A DNA stretch of 64,000 bases. It comes from the human T2T-CHM13v2.0 reference genome, Homo sapiens. Positions 62,616-64,000 of the stretch are shown in pieces. The position numbers and the translations under genes are program-made. Below the pieces are notes generated by a model. That model saw only the letters and a list, made by a program, of their open reading frames with translations, ran no database searches and was not told the DNA's origin. The stretch lies in assembly GCF_009914755.1 (NCBI RefSeq), contig NC_060941.1; one strand, 5' to 3'. How positions within the stretch are numbered: position 1 is the stretch's first letter; every line of letters begins with the position of its first letter.

Positions 62616-64000
62616 GACAATTATTTTTTAAAACAATTTAAAAATTAGTCTTAAAGTGTCTTTTATATTTACCAACATTTTTACACTTTTTGTATTTCAT
62701 TTCTTTGTATAGATCCAAATTTCCTTCTGGTATTACATTCCCAAAGAATTTCCCTTAACAGTTCTTGGAGTGCAGGTCTGCTAGCAGTACTTCCTTTTGG
62801 CTTTTGTTTGAAGAATCTCTATCTTACCTTCATTTCTAAAAGATATTTTTGCTTTATATAAAATTCTAGACTGACAGCTTTTTATTTTAGTACTTTGAAA
62901 GTGTCAGTCCATTTTCTTCTAGCTTGCAACATTTCTTTCCGTAAGTCTGCTCAGTTTTTATATTTGCTTTTTGTATGTAATGTTTATTTCCTCTGACTAC
63001 ATTCAAGACTGTCTTCTTCTTTTTAATTTAAGTTTTTAGCAGTTTAACTATGATGCGTCTAGGTGTGTCTGTGAGAGAGAGAGAGAGTGTGTGTGTGTGC
63101 TGTAACTTATTCTGCTTGAGGTTCTCTGAAGTTGGATCTATGGTTTGCTGTATTTCATTAATTTTAGAAAATTCTTAGACACTATTTCTTCAAATATTTG
63201 CTCCCATTTTCTCTTTCTCTTTTCCTTCTTGGTTCCAATTACATATATGCTAGACTGTTTTATATTGTCTCACAGCTCTTGAACGTTCTCTTTGTTTTTC
63301 ACTTTGAGTTTTAATTTGGATAATTTTCACCGACATATTCGGGTTCAACAATTCTCCTTCAGTTGAGTCTACTCTACTAATAAGCATGTCAGAGAAATTC
63401 TTTATCCCTGACGTCGTATTTGTACATTTATAGCAATTGACTTTTCCCATTTATAAAATAGTTTTCATTTCTTTGCCAAAATTCTCCATCAGTTCCTGTA
63501 TCTTTTCCACCTATCCCCCACTAGATACTTTATCATATGAATCACAGTCATTTGAAAGTCTTAGTCTGATGTTTCTGACATCAGTATCATCTCTGAGTCT
63601 GGTTCTGTTAATTGCTTTATCTACTGATAGTGCGTTGTGCGTTCCTTCTTTTGTTGCATGTCTCACAGCTTGATACTGAATGTCTGACCTTGTGTGTAGA
63701 GGAACAGTAGGGGCTGAGGTCAGTGATTTTTATCCCAGGAGTGGGCATACTTCTTTGGTCAGATTCTTAGGGTAGAGGCTGTGTTAATCTGATGAAGGGT
63801 TGAGCTGGGCTAAGGTTTTCTGTTGCTATCCCTTCTTTCCGTGTACCACATGCTTTACATTCCTCCAGAGGAGATCTGCTGTTATTTTGTGCTTAGTATT
63901 GGGCCTGCCATACCAGGGAGTTTTTCTTGGTTGTCCTGCTTCACCCTCAGATTTTAGCAGCCTCTGCACACCTGCAACACTGAGGGAGTCTTTCTCCATC

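Overview
Primate (human-like) non-coding DNA, intergenic or deep intronic, dominated by interspersed repeats: about 24 Alus, L1 fragments of several ages (L1PA, L1PB, L1M), MaLR solo LTRs (THE1, MST, MLT1), MIR/L2 relics and hAT-Charlie DNA transposon relics. I could not support any protein-coding exon, RNA gene or CpG island. The supplied ORFs are repeat translations or chance frames, and I could not identify the locus. Subfamily names come from my recognition of consensus motifs, not from a search. The most notable structure is a 717-bp near-perfect inverted repeat (48648-49364 / 49631-50347, 15 mismatches by hand count, no indels). It was made by an inverted duplication pasted inside an AluY, and its mismatch pattern suggests arm-to-arm conversion or inversion. 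There is also a cluster of 5'-inverted (twin-primed) L1 insertions, two apparently carrying non-L1 transduced DNA, a nested AT-rich palindrome at 54904-55025, and a captured CpG-retaining segment inside an old L1 at about 61.5-62.0 kb. These are structural and evolutionary observations; I see no evidence for a new gene system.
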